Origin: an uncultured bacterium
Lineage (GTDB): Bacteria; Actinomycetota; Acidimicrobiia; Spongiisociales; UBA5794
Length of the DNA: 64,000 nucleotides
Assembly: GCA_963844835.1 (NCBI GenBank)
Contig: CAWJPT010000001.1
Location: 8,072-72,071, forward strand
Direction: 5' to 3'
Part shown: positions 53,257 through 64,000 of the stretch, in pieces
Position numbering within the stretch: the stretch's first letter is position 1
Layout of the letters: the number at the start of each line of letters is the position of its first letter
The notes under the pieces: model-generated
The model's database searches: none
The model's input: the letters and a program-made list of their open reading frames with translations, nothing else
Told to the model about the DNA's origin: nothing
Made by a program: the position numbers and the translations under genes

Positions 53257-54634
53257 CTACACGTCGAGCACGTCGCCGCGTTTGGGGAGATGGGCCTCGA
53301 GACCGAACTCAGCCCGGAACCGCTCGGCCAGAGCAGCCCTGGCTTCGTCCTCGCCGTGAATCAGCACCACCTGCTTCGGCTTCGCCTCGGCCACCCAGCG
53401 TACGAGCTCGTCCTCGTCCGCATGGGCGCTGTAGGCCTCTAGACGGGTCACCTCGGCGCGCACCTCGACATCGATTCCGTGGATACGGATGGTGTTGGCG
53501 CCGTCGAGCAGGCGCCGGCCCGGCGTCCCTTCGGCTTGATAGCCCACAAACGCGACCACGTTCTCCGGGTAGGGGAGGCGACGCTTGAGATGGTGCGGCA
53601 CCCGACCGGCAGTTGCCATTCCCGAGGCCGCGATTATCACCATCGGTCCCCGCAGAGTATTGAGCCGTTTCGAGTCCTCCACCGTGTGAGTGAACTTCAA
53701 CTGGCGGGGTCGCAACGGGCTCGAGCCCGCTTGTTCCAGCGCCCTCATCTCCATGTCGTGCTCTTCCCGATGGCGGGCGTACATCTCGGTGGCGTCGATG
53801 GCGAGAGGGCTATCGAGGAACACGGGAATCGACGGGATCCGTCCCGATTCCTCCAGTTCCCTGATCCGATAGAGGATCTCCTGGGTCCTGCCGATCGAGA
53901 ATGCCGGGATCACCAGCACCCCATCCGTGCGGGTGATCTTGTCGAACACCCGCGCCATCATCTCGTTGGCGTCCGCTGAAGGATCTCGATGCGACCGGCC
54001 ACCGTATGTGGATTCGATGAGCAGTAGATCGGCGTCCTGGGGTGGCTCAGGGTCCTTCAACACCGGGATGTCCCAGCGGCCCACATCACCAGAGAAGGTG
54101 ATTCGGTGGTCGTCGGTCTCGAGGGTGATGTGTGACGACCCGAGGATGTGGCCTGCGAAGGAGAAGCGGGCCCGGCCCACCGGAACGTCGAGCCAATCGT
54201 GGTAGTCGACGCCATGCATCAGCTTCTGGGCTTCGCGGGCATCCGCCTCCGTGTACAGCGGCAGAGCGGGCTTGTGACGGCTGTACCCCTTCTTGTTGGC
54301 GAAGGCGGCATCCTCTTCCTGGATCCGCCCCGAGTCGGGCAGCATCACCGACAGCAGATCAACCGTCGCGGCTGTGGCAAGTACCGGGCCTCGATACCGA
54401 TGGGTGCCGACGAGGCGAGGGAGATATCCGGTGTGATCGATGTGGGCGTGGGTCAGCAGCACGCTCTCGGGTAGCCCGACAGTCAGCGAAGGGGTCCTGC
54501 CAGTTGAGCTGCTTGATCTTGCTGGAGCCCTGGAACATGCCGCAGTCGATCAGCGTGCTCCGGCCGTTCGATTGCACCAGGAACCGGGATCCGGTGACCG
54601 TGTCTGCTCCGCCGAGGAAGGTGATGGTGGTCAT
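53257..54634 (-). CDS. MBL-fold metallo-hydrolase with beta-CASP/RNA-metabolising C-terminal region (RNase J/CPSF-like), 1 frame disruption near 54470
   Basis: N-terminus MTTITFLGGADTVTGSRFLVQSNGRSTLIDCGMFQG (ORF 54359..54634). Then LLTHAHIDHTGYLP (HxHxDH) …ESTYGG… and a beta-CASP-like distal region. Confidence 0.7.
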
Positions 54635-54714
54635 GGCGGCAATGCTAAGGGAACCCGTGCGTCAGTAGGGGAACGTCATCAGCAGAAGCGACGCGATCCG
54701 TAGAATCCTCGCCT

Positions 54715-56746
54715 ATGACGTCATCGGCGGAGTCCCTGCGAGTGCTCGGCACGTGCCATCACGACTGCCCCGACAGCTGCGGCTGGGTCGCCACCGTGGA
54801 GGACGGGGTGGCGGTGAAGCTGCGCGGCAACCCCGACCATCCCTACTCGCGTGGTGAGCTTTGCCCCAAGGTGAACAGGTTCCTCGACCGCGTCTACTCA
54901 CCCGACCGGTTGCTCCGTCCGATGATGCGATCGGGACCGAAGGGGAGCGGAGAATTCACTGAAGTCGGCTGGGACGAGGCTCTGCGCGGTCGTTGCCGAC
55001 CGCCTCGGATCGATCATCGCCGAGTGGGGTGGCGAGGCAGTGCTGCCGTGGGGATCGGCAGGCACGCAAGGCCTCATCCAGATGAGCGCGCTCGACCGCA
55101 GGTTCTTCGCCAGGATCGGCGCCACGCGCCAGACGGGCTCGCTGTGCGGGGCCACCGCATCGGCGGGCGTGAAAGCGACGCTCGGCACCGGGCGAGCCAG
55201 CGACCCCACCGATCTCCGCTTCGCCGAGCTCGTGATCCTATGGGGAACGAATACCCGGCTCACCAATCGACACCTGTGGCCGTTTGTCGAGGAGGCCCGT
55301 GATAACGGGGCAACCGTCGCCGTGATAGATCCCGTGCGAACCATCACTGCAGCGGCGGCCGATTGGTTCATCCAGCCGCTCCCCGGTACCGACACGGCGC
55401 TGATGTTGGCGATGATGAACGTGCTCATTCGGGACGATCTCGTCGATCACGACTACATCGACCGATACACGGAAGGCTTCGATCAGCTGGCCGCTCACGC
55501 TGCCGGGTGGACACCGGAACGCGCCGCCGGCGTGTGCGGTGTCGATGCGGTCGAGATCGAGCGTTTCGCCATGGCGTACGGCACGGCCACGCCCGCCTTC
55601 ATCCGCACCCTGATCGGTGCCGAGCACCATGAGAACGGAGCCACCTTCTTCCGCACCCTTGCCCTGCTGCCGACGATCACCGGGTCATGGCGGCACCGGG
55701 GAGGAGGGATGGCGCGCAGCGTCGGCACCTGGAGCGACGTCAACGTGGACGACACGGTGTTCGACAACGTGAGCTTCCCCGTCCCGGAGCGGCGGGGAAT
55801 CAATATGAATCACCTCGGTGCCACTTTGACCGACGATACGCTCGAACCGCCGGTCAAGGCGCTGTTCATCTGGAACGGGAACCCGCTCGTGACGGTGCCG
55901 GATGCGGCCAGGATCCGGGAGGGCATGGCGCGTGACGACCTGTTCACTGTGGTTTCCGAGCAGTTCTTGACCGATACGGCACGCTACGCCGACGTTATCT
56001 TCCCGGCGACGACTCAACTCGAGCACCTCGATGTCGTGCCGTCTTGGGGTCATCTCTATGTGGGGTGGAACGAGCCTGCGATCGATCCCCGGGGTGAGGC
56101 GGTGCCGAACACCGAGCTGTGGCGGCGGCTGTCCCGGGCGATGGGCTTCATGGAGCCCGAGCTCTACGAGGATGACGAGAGCCTGCTGCGCTCGGCGATC
56201 ATCGGTCTCGACCTCGACGAGCTTCGCAAGACGGGGTTTGTTCGGCTGGATCTCCCCGAAGAACTACTCCCGTACCGTGAGGGCGGTTTTCCAACACCCT
56301 CGGGGCGGGCATTGCTGGTGAACGACGACCTCGACGATGCTTTGCCGGAATACCGGGCGCCGGCGCATGTCGCGGAGGCAAACGGACGGCTGCAGTTGCT
56401 CACCCCGAAGACGCACACGCGTTTCCTCAACACTTCCTACTCGCATCTCCCGGGTCACGGCGATCGGGAGTCGGGCCCGTTCCTCGAGATCGGTGCTGGC
56501 GATGCCGCGGCCAGAGGGATCGCCGAGGGGGCGCCGGTGCGCGTGTGGAATGACCGGTCCGCCGTGACCTTGCCTGCGACGATCTCGGAACGGGTTCGCC
56601 CGGGGGTCGTGGCCATTCCGTTCGGATGGTGGGCTGGTGACGCCGATGCACCGGCGACCGCCAACATGCTGACGAGCGCCGCCGACACCGACTGGGGCGG
56701 TGGTGTCGCCTTCTTCGATACCTTCGTCGAAGTTGCCCTCGCCTGA
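54715..56746 (+). CDS. Molybdopterin-dependent oxidoreductase (DMSO-reductase superfamily, cytoplasmic type), 1 frame disruption near 54985
   Basis: N-terminal 4Fe-4S motif CHHDCPDSCGW. …GRASDPTDLRFAELVILWGTN… and C-terminal molybdopterin dinucleotide-binding region …RVWNDRSAVTLPATISERVRPGVVAIPFGWW…. No TAT signal. Confidence 0.75.
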
Positions 56747-56802
56747 GCACATTCCGGTCTCGCGTTAGGAACCGGGGCTCACAACGCCCAACGTACGGGT
56801 CT

Positions 56803-56873
56803 GGTGACTCGTTCACCATGGGGGTAACCCCCATGCCCCCGGTGTCCCCAAGCCCTTAGGGGGTGAATCCCCC
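56803..56873 (+). other. Cluster of three GC-rich hairpins filling the intergenic leader, the last sequestering the Shine-Dalgarno and start codon of the giant membrane-protein gene
   Basis: H1 ggtga-ctcgt-tcacc (56803-56817). H2 catggggg-taa-cccccatg (56818-56836, 8-bp perfect stem). H3 ggggg-tgaat-ccccc (56859-56873), immediately followed by ATG 56874. The aggggg SD lies in the H3 stem. Confidence 0.45.
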
Positions 56874-59800
56874 ATGGGCGAGAGCAGTCCCAGCTCATAC
56901 GTTGAGATCATGGATACTCCAGAGTCACCAGGGCGAGAGGGGACCCGAGACCCGGTTGTGTGCTTCCTGGAGGACGCGCACCTGGCGGGGTTTCTCAGCA
57001 TCGACCTTGCCCGTACCTTGTACCGGTATCGGCTGACACAGCTGAAGAAACCGCAACCACAACCGGAGCAGGCTCCTTCTCTGGCGAAGCAGGCACCACC
57101 AGCTCCGGCCCCGCATCCTGCATTTGTGCCGCAGGCCCGTCCCGTTGCATCCGTGGCCCCACCCCGGACTGCACCAACTCCACCGCCGGCAACTTCGACG
57201 CCACCCACCTCCGCACCGACTCGACCACCGGGGACGCGGCCGACGCCCACACGCATCTCCCCGCCGCGCCCCTCACGGGCAGAGATCTGGGCTCGTTTCG
57301 CCAGGATGCGATCCAAGAAACTGTGGGGAACCTTCAGCGCAGACTTCGCTGCCCACACGCTCACCTACCTGGGGGTGCTGCTGTCGATCGTCGTCATCTA
57401 TGTCTTCTTCGCCTTCGGGTACTTCGGGCAGGCGATCGATGACAGCCACAAAGAGCTGAGACCCGTGGTCGAAGTCGGGGTGGTCCTGTTCTTTTTCGGC
57501 TTGGCCTGGTTGTTGCGGCACCGCAGTGGGATCCCGCAGACCTCCACCGCCATCGAGCTGATCGGCGTCATCCTCGTGCCGATCATGCTCTCGGCATCGT
57601 TCCGGGACGGGTGCACCACCAGCTACCGCCCCTGGTGTGTGCCGGACCTCGAAGGCCCGAGCCGTTGGGCTGGATACGCCGCAGCCGGTCTGATCACCAC
57701 CGCCATCTACTACGTGCTCGCCCGCAGACGCGCCATCTACGGCTACCTGGTGGGCACCATGCTCTGGGTCAGCCTCGGCGCCTTCGCCCTCTATCTCGAG
57801 GACGGCCTCTCCCTACTCCGCAATGGTGTCACCCCGCGCCTAGACGCCTTTAGCGCAGACGGCATCTCGGCACCTCAGCTGATCACGGTACTGGCCGGGA
57901 TCGGGTTGACCCTTGGGGTCGCCTCGAGGTTCCGGAACACGAGCATGGGACGGGTCCTCTCAGTTCCGACGGTGCGCGCCGGCGTTCTGTTCACGCCTTT
58001 TGTTCTCACCCTGTCGCTGGTCTTCTCCTACAACGATGCGCTCAGCCGTGGCGTCGTCGAACCCGACCTGGCAGATCTCGCCTGGCCAAACGTTTTCGCC
58101 ACCTCGATTGCCGCTGTCGTATTCGCCATCGCATCCAACGCCCGATTTGCCTGGGAGAGCCTCGGGCGTCGGGTGCGGCGAGACACTGCGCTCGTGCTCC
58201 ACGTTGCCGCATACCTCTCCCTGGCGGCGTCGTGGCTGCTCACCGCGGGCTTTGGCGTGAGCCCGGCCTGGCTCGGAGCCGGTCTGATCGGCTACGCCAT
58301 CGCCGTTGCCTTCATCGACCACTTCGTCGCCGGTCCGCGCATTGCCGCAGTCTGGATCGTGCGTACGGCTCTGGCGATCGGTGCCGCCCTGGCCCTGCTG
58401 GAACCGGGTGCCACCGTTGCCGCCTGGGGAACGATCGGTGGCCTTGCCGTGATCCGCTCGGCGATGCCGGCAGTCGCCGAGAATGTCGCTCGGTTCGTAC
58501 CGAACCCCGAGCCCGGTCCGCAGCGTCTGCTCGCCCTCTGGGCACCGCTGCTGGTCATGGTGGGAGCAGGAGCGGCTCGTTTGGGGTGGCCCGATACCAC
58601 GCCATTCGTACTGGTCGGCGCCGGCGTCGTCTTTGTGTCGAGCAGACTGCTGCCCAAAGGATTCGCCGACCTGCGCTCGTTTGCTTCGGTTCCAGTGGTG
58701 TTGGCCGGTGCCGGTGCGCTCGGTATCGAGATCTGGCGGCAATACGACGGCGCCGGGTTCGCCCCGTATGAGCTCAGTGCCTTCTTGCTGGCGTTAGCCC
58801 TGCTCGCCGGTGTCGCCGACATTCCCGCACCGGCTCGGGGCGCAGCCGTCACCGGCCTCACCGGTGCGGCCGCCATGCTGGCACTCCGTGAGTACTTCGG
58901 CACGGGCGCCTGGGAGACCGCGTGGATCGACACCTCTGTGCTGGCGACGGCCGGGGGCGCCCTGCTGGCGGTTTCGTTGCTGCGCTCCGGCGACCGGCTT
59001 CTCTCCGGGATGGCGGGCCATGCCCTGGTGATCGCGGCTGCGGTCAGGTCCCTATGGTTCGAGGAGACCGCGATCCTCGGTCTCGGTGTCCTGGCGATCG
59101 CCCATATCGTGGAGGCAATCACCATTGAGGTGAACAGGGACAGCGTCTTCTCCAGACTGGCGCGCGTTGCCGGCCCTGCCGGGGAGGTCGTGCGGTCGTT
59201 GCCTACTCTCGTGGCCGCGGTCACGCTGGCACCGCTGACCATTCTCGTCGGATGGCATGTGCCTCTCATCGCCGTCGAGCGGGCCCGATTCGGCCCAGTG
59301 CTCGCTGCTCTGTCATTGATCTACCTGATAGGGGCGATTCAGCGACTCGATCGTGCTCGACGTATCTCCACACTTTTCGCATTCGCCGCCGCGCTTGGGT
59401 CCGTGGCGGTGAGTGCTCCGTCAACCATGGCGCTGCTAGTGACCACGATGTCGGCTGCGGTGGTCACGGCTGTGCTGTCCTTTCGCGCAAGAAGGCCGTA
59501 CGTGACACTGGTTTCATGGATGCTTGTCGTGGCCTGGTCGTTGCTGGCGGCATACCGGGGAGGTATCACCGGGGCGGACCTGTATCTGGTTCTTCACGTG
59601 CTGGCGGTATTGCTAGTGCTAGTCCCGGCCGTGCTCACCCTGTTCCGTCGAAACGACCCGACACACGAACTGGGTGACTCTTCCCCGAAGAGTGGGCTGA
59701 GGTCGGCCTGGTCGGTCCCGCCTGTGTATCTGGGGATGGTGCTACTCCCGGCCGCACTGGCGTTGGCGATCGCCAATGGTGGCTGGATCGCCTGGCTGGG

Positions 59801-62176
59801 AGTCTCCACAGCCGTTGCCTACGGTGCGCTCGGCGTAGCGACTCGCGCCGGCGGAGTGGTGATTCCGATGGCTGCCTCCTGCGCTATCGCATATGCCTCA
59901 GTCCTGTATGACAACCAGTGGGCGCACCCATTCCAACAGCCACTCGTGTGGCTGCCGCTTGCGGCTGTGTTCGTTGCGTTTTCAGCCGTGCTCCCCGGCA
60001 AGAGCAGCTGGCGGTTGCTCGACGACCCCGCCCCGGGCCTGGTCGTTTCCGGGCTCGGCGTTGCAGCTCTGGCCATGATCTACAGCAGGCCGGCAGGCGT
60101 GCTCGACCTCGCCCTCGTCGGATGTGCTCTCTTGCTGGCTGCCATCTACATCATCCGGAGGGAGGCCCCTTGGCTGGGTGTCTCGGGAGTCGCTCTGGTT
60201 GCGGCCGGGCTGGTCTCCGGGGGGTACTGGGCGCCGGCGGCGACCCTGACCGCCTCGCTGGTCACCGGGCTCTTCGCCGACGGCAATCGGAGCAAAGCGA
60301 TTGCGGTTCCACTTCGGGCGGTCACGACGCTTGGCGCTGCGGCGACCTTCGCACTAACCGGGGTGTGGCTCGATTGGTCCGCTTCCGAGCTGGCCGCGAT
60401 CGCGGCGATCAGCGCTGGCACCGTCGTTGCCGCAGCGGTTGTCTTCACAGTCGCCACATCCTGGACACAGCGAGCCCGGGTCTGGGCCCTTCCCCTGCAT
60501 GTTCTCGGCCACGGTCTCGTGGTTGCTTCATACCTCGCCGGGGCGACCGACCTCTCAGGTGGCACCCCCTTTGCGCTGGCAACCGTGCTCGCCCTGCTCG
60601 AGGCGGGCGCTATCGGTGTCATCGGCACGCTTCTGCGCAGACACACCGCGGTGGCCGGTTCCATCTCGTTCCTGGCGGCCGGCTATGCGCTCTTCGCTAT
60701 TTGGCAGGAGTGGGACGCCGTCGAGGTCATCGTCTTCACCGCGGCTGCCGGCATCGTGCTCACAACGCTCGCCGCTGTGGGTCTGGTCACCCGCGAGCTG
60801 CCCGTGCGGGTTCGTCTCTGGATGCTCCCGGTGCTGGTCGCAGGGCAGGTGGCCGGGCTTGCCGTCATCGGCACCGCTGTGTCGCAGCGGACGCCTCGGC
60901 GGCGGCGGGGGTAGCCGCCGCCGTGTTCGGCTTCGACGCCGTAGTCGCCGGGGCCACAGGCACTATCCGCAAGGGCCGGATGCTCGTTGCCGGGTCGGCA
61001 ATGCTCGCCGCCGGGGCCTATGCGACGGTTCCGCAGTGGCTGGGGTGGACCCGATGGGAGTACGTCATGGTGACCGTGGTGCTGGCGGGCGTGTTGGCGG
61101 CGGTTGCCAGCATCCTCACGCGGCAGGGTCGCGGTAGGGAAACTCTATGGATCCTCCCGACGCACGGCCTGACGGTTCTGGCCACGATGTCCATTGTGGC
61201 CAAGTCAATCGAAACCACGATGGGCTGGGAGGAGCTGTGGGTTCTCTCTGGAGTCGCTCTTGGCTTTGGCTGCTACCTGGCGGTCAATGCGGTGAGCGTG
61301 CCTCCGGAGTGGAGACTGCGATCGGTCGCGATCGTCGCCTGGCTCGGCTCAGCGGCGCTTGCCATCGGAGCCGAGAATGTGCGAGGAGGTGCCGTCTTCG
61401 CCGTCATGTTGGTCGTTGCCAACGTCGGATTGGTCCTGGCCGTCGCTGCCGGTCTGCTCGCTCGAGCCGACACCACATGGCGCACCGAGCTGGCGGGGTT
61501 GGCCGCCGGGTTGCCCGCCGTGAGCCTTGCGGGAGCCGCGGTGCTCTTCGAACCGCTCGGTGTCGAAATGGGGACGCTGCTCGTTGTCGCCGGGTCGGCG
61601 CTTGCAGCCTATGGGCTGCTGAGTCACGAGCTCTTGGCAGTCGAAGCTTCCATGGTGGTGTGGCTGGCTGCCCTCATGATCCTCGTCAACGGCAGGATGG
61701 AACTGACCTTGCATGCCGCCGTCGTCATCTCGAGCGCCATCCTGCTCGCCACCATCGAGCTGGAGCGCCACCGAAGGGACCTGGTCGATCAACCGGTCCC
61801 GCGGGGGCTGCACCATTTGGAATGGGTGTTGATGCTGGCACCACCGGTGCTGGCGGTCGCCGACATGTTCGAATCACTGTGGTTTGGGTTGGTTCTGTTC
61901 GCCGAAGGGGCGCTGCTATTCGGCTGGGGCGCACTCTCTGAGGTCCGGCGCCGGGCTCTCCTCGGAGTGGGGGCGATGGTCGCTGCCATCATCCTGTCGG
62001 TCGCCCTACCGGCGCTCCACGGGCTCAGCGAAGGCCTCACCGGGGGGACCTGGTTGGTGGTTGGAGCGATCGCGGCAGTCCTATTCATCGCGGCGGGCTC
62101 GGTAATCGAGCGCCGCCGTCAGGCGATCGGGCGTGGTCTCGCTCACATCGCCGAGATTCTGGAGGATTGGGAATGA
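56874..62176 (+). CDS. Giant polytopic integral membrane protein (about 1760 aa, at least 35 predicted TM helices) with Pro-rich cytoplasmic N-terminal region; 1 frame disruption near 60900
   Basis: ORF 56874..60914 (1346 aa) continues in ORF 59918..62176 after …VSQRTPRRRRG*. N-terminal 160 aa hydrophilic/Pro-rich (…KKPQPQPEQAPSLAKQAPPAPAPHPAFVPQARPVASVAPPRTAPTPPPATSTPPTSAPTRPPGTRPTPTRISPPRPSR…), then continuous hydrophobic helices. No recognisable enzymatic motif. Confidence 0.6.
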
Positions 62177-63192
62177 GACGCTTCGCCGCCCCGGTTCTGC
62201 TCGGCTCCCTCACAGTCGCCGCAACAGTGACGACCCTGGCGTGGGACGAGCGGGAGCTCGGTCTACTCCTCATCATTGCCGTCGGGGCTCCGCTCACCGT
62301 CTTCCTGACGGTGCGGGCGATAGCCGACCCCACTAGGGAAGGCCGATCGCCGCTGCTCTCGATGGTCCTCGGCGCGACTGTCGTTCCGGCGGTCGTCGTA
62401 GTGCTCCATGGTCTCTTCGTTGCGATCGGCTACAACCTGGTGGCCCCCTTGGTTGGCCCCGCCAGGCAACTATGGGAGCGGCTGCGGGCCGATCCCGATC
62501 TGTTTGCCGTCCTCAGCTCGGGATGGGCATTGACCATGATCGTCGAGCTGGCCGTGGTGGCACCCCTTGCCGAAGAGACCACAAAGCCATTGGCGGCGCT
62601 GGTGAGCAGGCCACGCACCACCCGGGACGCGTTCGTATTCGGCGTTGCCGCAGGCACCGGCTTTGCCATGGTGGAGAACGTGCTCTATTCGAGCGGCTGG
62701 TTCTTCGGGTCACTCGAAGGATGGCTGCCGGTTGCCGTGCTCAGAATGCTCGGAGCCGGTCTGCACGGCTTCGGTACCGGATTGGTTACCTGGGGGTTCT
62801 TCCAACTGCGCAGTGGGAGAGCGGATCGGTGGCGACGATTCTGGCTGTCCTATTGGGTTGCGCTCACTGCCCACGGCCTGTGGAATGGCTCGGTGGCCGT
62901 TGCCGTCGCGCTGGCAGCTGCTCGGGAGACGGGTGGGCTGCGCGCCCGTCACGATGCCTACGCCTGGGGCATAGTCCTCCTGGTGCTGCTTGCCATGCTC
63001 GGGGTGATCATCACCGGCGCACTGTTGCTGGCGGCGGCACGGATCCGCAGTGACAGTAGCCCTTTGGAGGCGATTCCAATAGAGCATGCCCGCACCCCAC
63101 GGAGCATCGCGGCCTGGGCTCTCGTCTCCACGTCATTGCTGATCCCGGTCACCATCCTTGTCCTCGTCTATCCCAACTTGACCGCTCTGTAG
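62173..63192 (+). CDS. PrsW-family intramembrane glutamic-type metalloprotease
   Basis: APLAEETTKPLAA (E-E-x-x-K), FVFGVAAGTGFAMVENVLY (F-x3-G-F-A-x2-E-N), LHGFGTGL…HGLWN (H-x3-N). Start ATG 62173 overlaps the stop of the giant membrane-protein gene (ATGA). Confidence 0.75.
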   Translation: MRRFAAPVLLGSLTVAATVTTLAWDERELGLLLIIAVGAPLTVFLTVRAIADPTREGRSPLLSMVLGATVVPAVVVVLHGLFVAIGYNLVAPLVGPARQLWERLRADPDLFAVLSSGWALTMIVELAVVAPLAEETTKPLAALVSRPRTTRDAFVFGVAAGTGFAMVENVLYSSGWFFGSLEGWLPVAVLRMLGAGLHGFGTGLVTWGFFQLRSGRADRWRRFWLSYWVALTAHGLWNGSVAVAVALAAARETGGLRARHDAYAWGIVLLVLLAMLGVIITGALLLAAARIRSDSSPLEAIPIEHARTPRSIAAWALVSTSLLIPVTILVLVYPNLTAL

Positions 63193-63283
63193 CGAGTGGT
63201 CGCCCGTGGCCAAGGGAACCGTGTGCCACGTGTCGCGTTCTACGCCTGATCCCTATTCCGATCCCTCCGGTACGATTCCACCC

Positions 63284-64000
63284 GTGAAACGACTGACAGT
63301 GATGGCGGTGCTGCTTCTGGCCGGGTGCGCCACTGCCGGTGCATCCCCAACCACAACCTCCCCGCAGGCGACAAGTGCTGTCACCACAACCTCCGCCGGG
63401 GCCGCGACGACAACGAGCACGACGACAACGCTGCCGGCAACCACGACAACGGCGTCCCCTTTCGCCCGCCCGGAATGGCTCGGCACCAGAGTGCTACCGC
63501 TCGGTCCCGACGGGGAGAACGGCATCGCCCAGCCGACTCCACCCGAATTGCAGGATCGGCAACTGGAGACGATCGACCTGTTGCCGCCGCCACCCGACGA
63601 CGAGTTCGTAGCGACCATCGAACCGGTCCCCGACGACGTCATCGCCCGATCGACCTGGACGGAGGACTGCCCGGTCACTCGCGACGAGCTCGCCTACATC
63701 AACGTCTCTTTCTACGGATTCGACGGGAAGTTCCACACCGGAGAGACCATCGTCAACGCCTCGGTCGCCGATGACATCGTCGGTGTCTTCGAGAAGCTGC
63801 ATGCCGCCCGTTTCCCGATCGAAGGGATGAAGGTCACCACCCAGGAAGAGCTCGACGCCCCGCCAACCGGTGACGGCAACAACACCGGCTCGTTCGGATG
63901 CAGGCCGGCGGTGGGCACCGACAACTGGTCCATGCACGCCTACGGGCTCGCGGTCGACATCAACCCCTTCCACAATCCGTACGAGAAGGGTGAGCTGATC
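63284..64000 (+). CDS. M15-family peptidase lipoprotein, paralog of 47289-48198 (3' partial at window end)
   Basis: From GTG 63284: VKRLTVMAVLLLAGCATAGASPTTTSPQATSAVTTTSAGAATTTSTTTTLPATTTTASPFARPEWLGTRVLPLGPDGENGIAQPTPPELQDRQLETIDLLPPPPDDEFVATIEPVPDDVIARSTWTEDCPVTRDELAYINVSFYGFDGKFHTGETIVNASVADDIVGVFEKLHAARFPIEGM…. Intact here and collinear with the 47289 paralog. Confidence 0.7.
   Translation, partial: MKRLTVMAVLLLAGCATAGASPTTTSPQATSAVTTTSAGAATTTSTTTTLPATTTTASPFARPEWLGTRVLPLGPDGENGIAQPTPPELQDRQLETIDLLPPPPDDEFVATIEPVPDDVIARSTWTEDCPVTRDELAYINVSFYGFDGKFHTGETIVNASVADDIVGVFEKLHAARFPIEGMKVTTQEELDAPPTGDGNNTGSFGCRPAVGTDNWSMHAYGLAVDINPFHNPYEKGELI

Noticed and set aside
58292-59269. 325-aa minus-strand ORF inside the giant membrane-protein gene
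   Set aside because: It is antisense to a continuous, strongly hydrophobic plus-strand reading frame. Ala/Ser/Thr/Pro-rich ORFs of this kind are an artefact of GC-rich membrane-protein genes.

Overview
This 64-kb window is high-GC (roughly 67-70%), with ATGA start/stop overlaps and GTG/TTG starts typical of Actinomycetota chromosomal DNA. I can support about 50 protein-coding genes. Roughly half the coding sequence lies in genes that need one or more frame changes to read through, so the raw ORF track under-calls them.

Recognisable content:
- An MFS transporter and a GPH-type MFS symporter.
- A frame-disrupted orphan infA.
- Three paralogous cell-surface proteins that share a C-terminal triple SLH-like repeat carrying a conserved Cys pair. 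Two have a CSLREA/beta-helix plus cadherin N-terminus and one has a carboxypeptidase-regulatory-like N-terminus. A decayed fragment of the same repeat also sits at 28490-28583.
- An ankyrin protein divergent from a large DUF4062-NACHT-WD40 STAND NTPase, followed by HEAT-repeat, Zn-ribbon and RCK-RyR channel-like proteins.
- A PQQ-type beta-propeller protein carrying an internal palindromic repeat insertion.
- A VapBC toxin-antitoxin pair.
- A CysO/MoaD-like sulfur carrier coupled to a BNR/Asp-box protein.
- A TAT-secreted amidohydrolase, an alpha/beta hydrolase, a WYL/YafY regulator, a VOC protein, YccF and a nucleoside deaminase.
- A dhaKLM operon in which DhaM is an EIIA-HPr-EI fusion.
- An ATP-dependent DNA ligase and a secreted TSP3-repeat protein.
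- An AfsR/SARP-type STAND regulator (wHTH-BTAD-NB-ARC-TPR).
- A deazaflavin-dependent nitroreductase-family protein and a tandem-DUF4389 membrane protein.
- Two paralogous M15 peptidase lipoproteins, a DsbA-like protein, and a PadR regulator with a partner membrane protein.
- A TetR regulator with a palindromic operator, an SDR oxidoreductase, an MBL/beta-CASP hydrolase and a molybdopterin oxidoreductase.
- A roughly 1760-aa polytopic membrane protein translationally coupled to a PrsW-type intramembrane protease.

I found no rRNA, tRNA, CRISPR array, transposase or integrase. The most interesting signals are listed in the findings.
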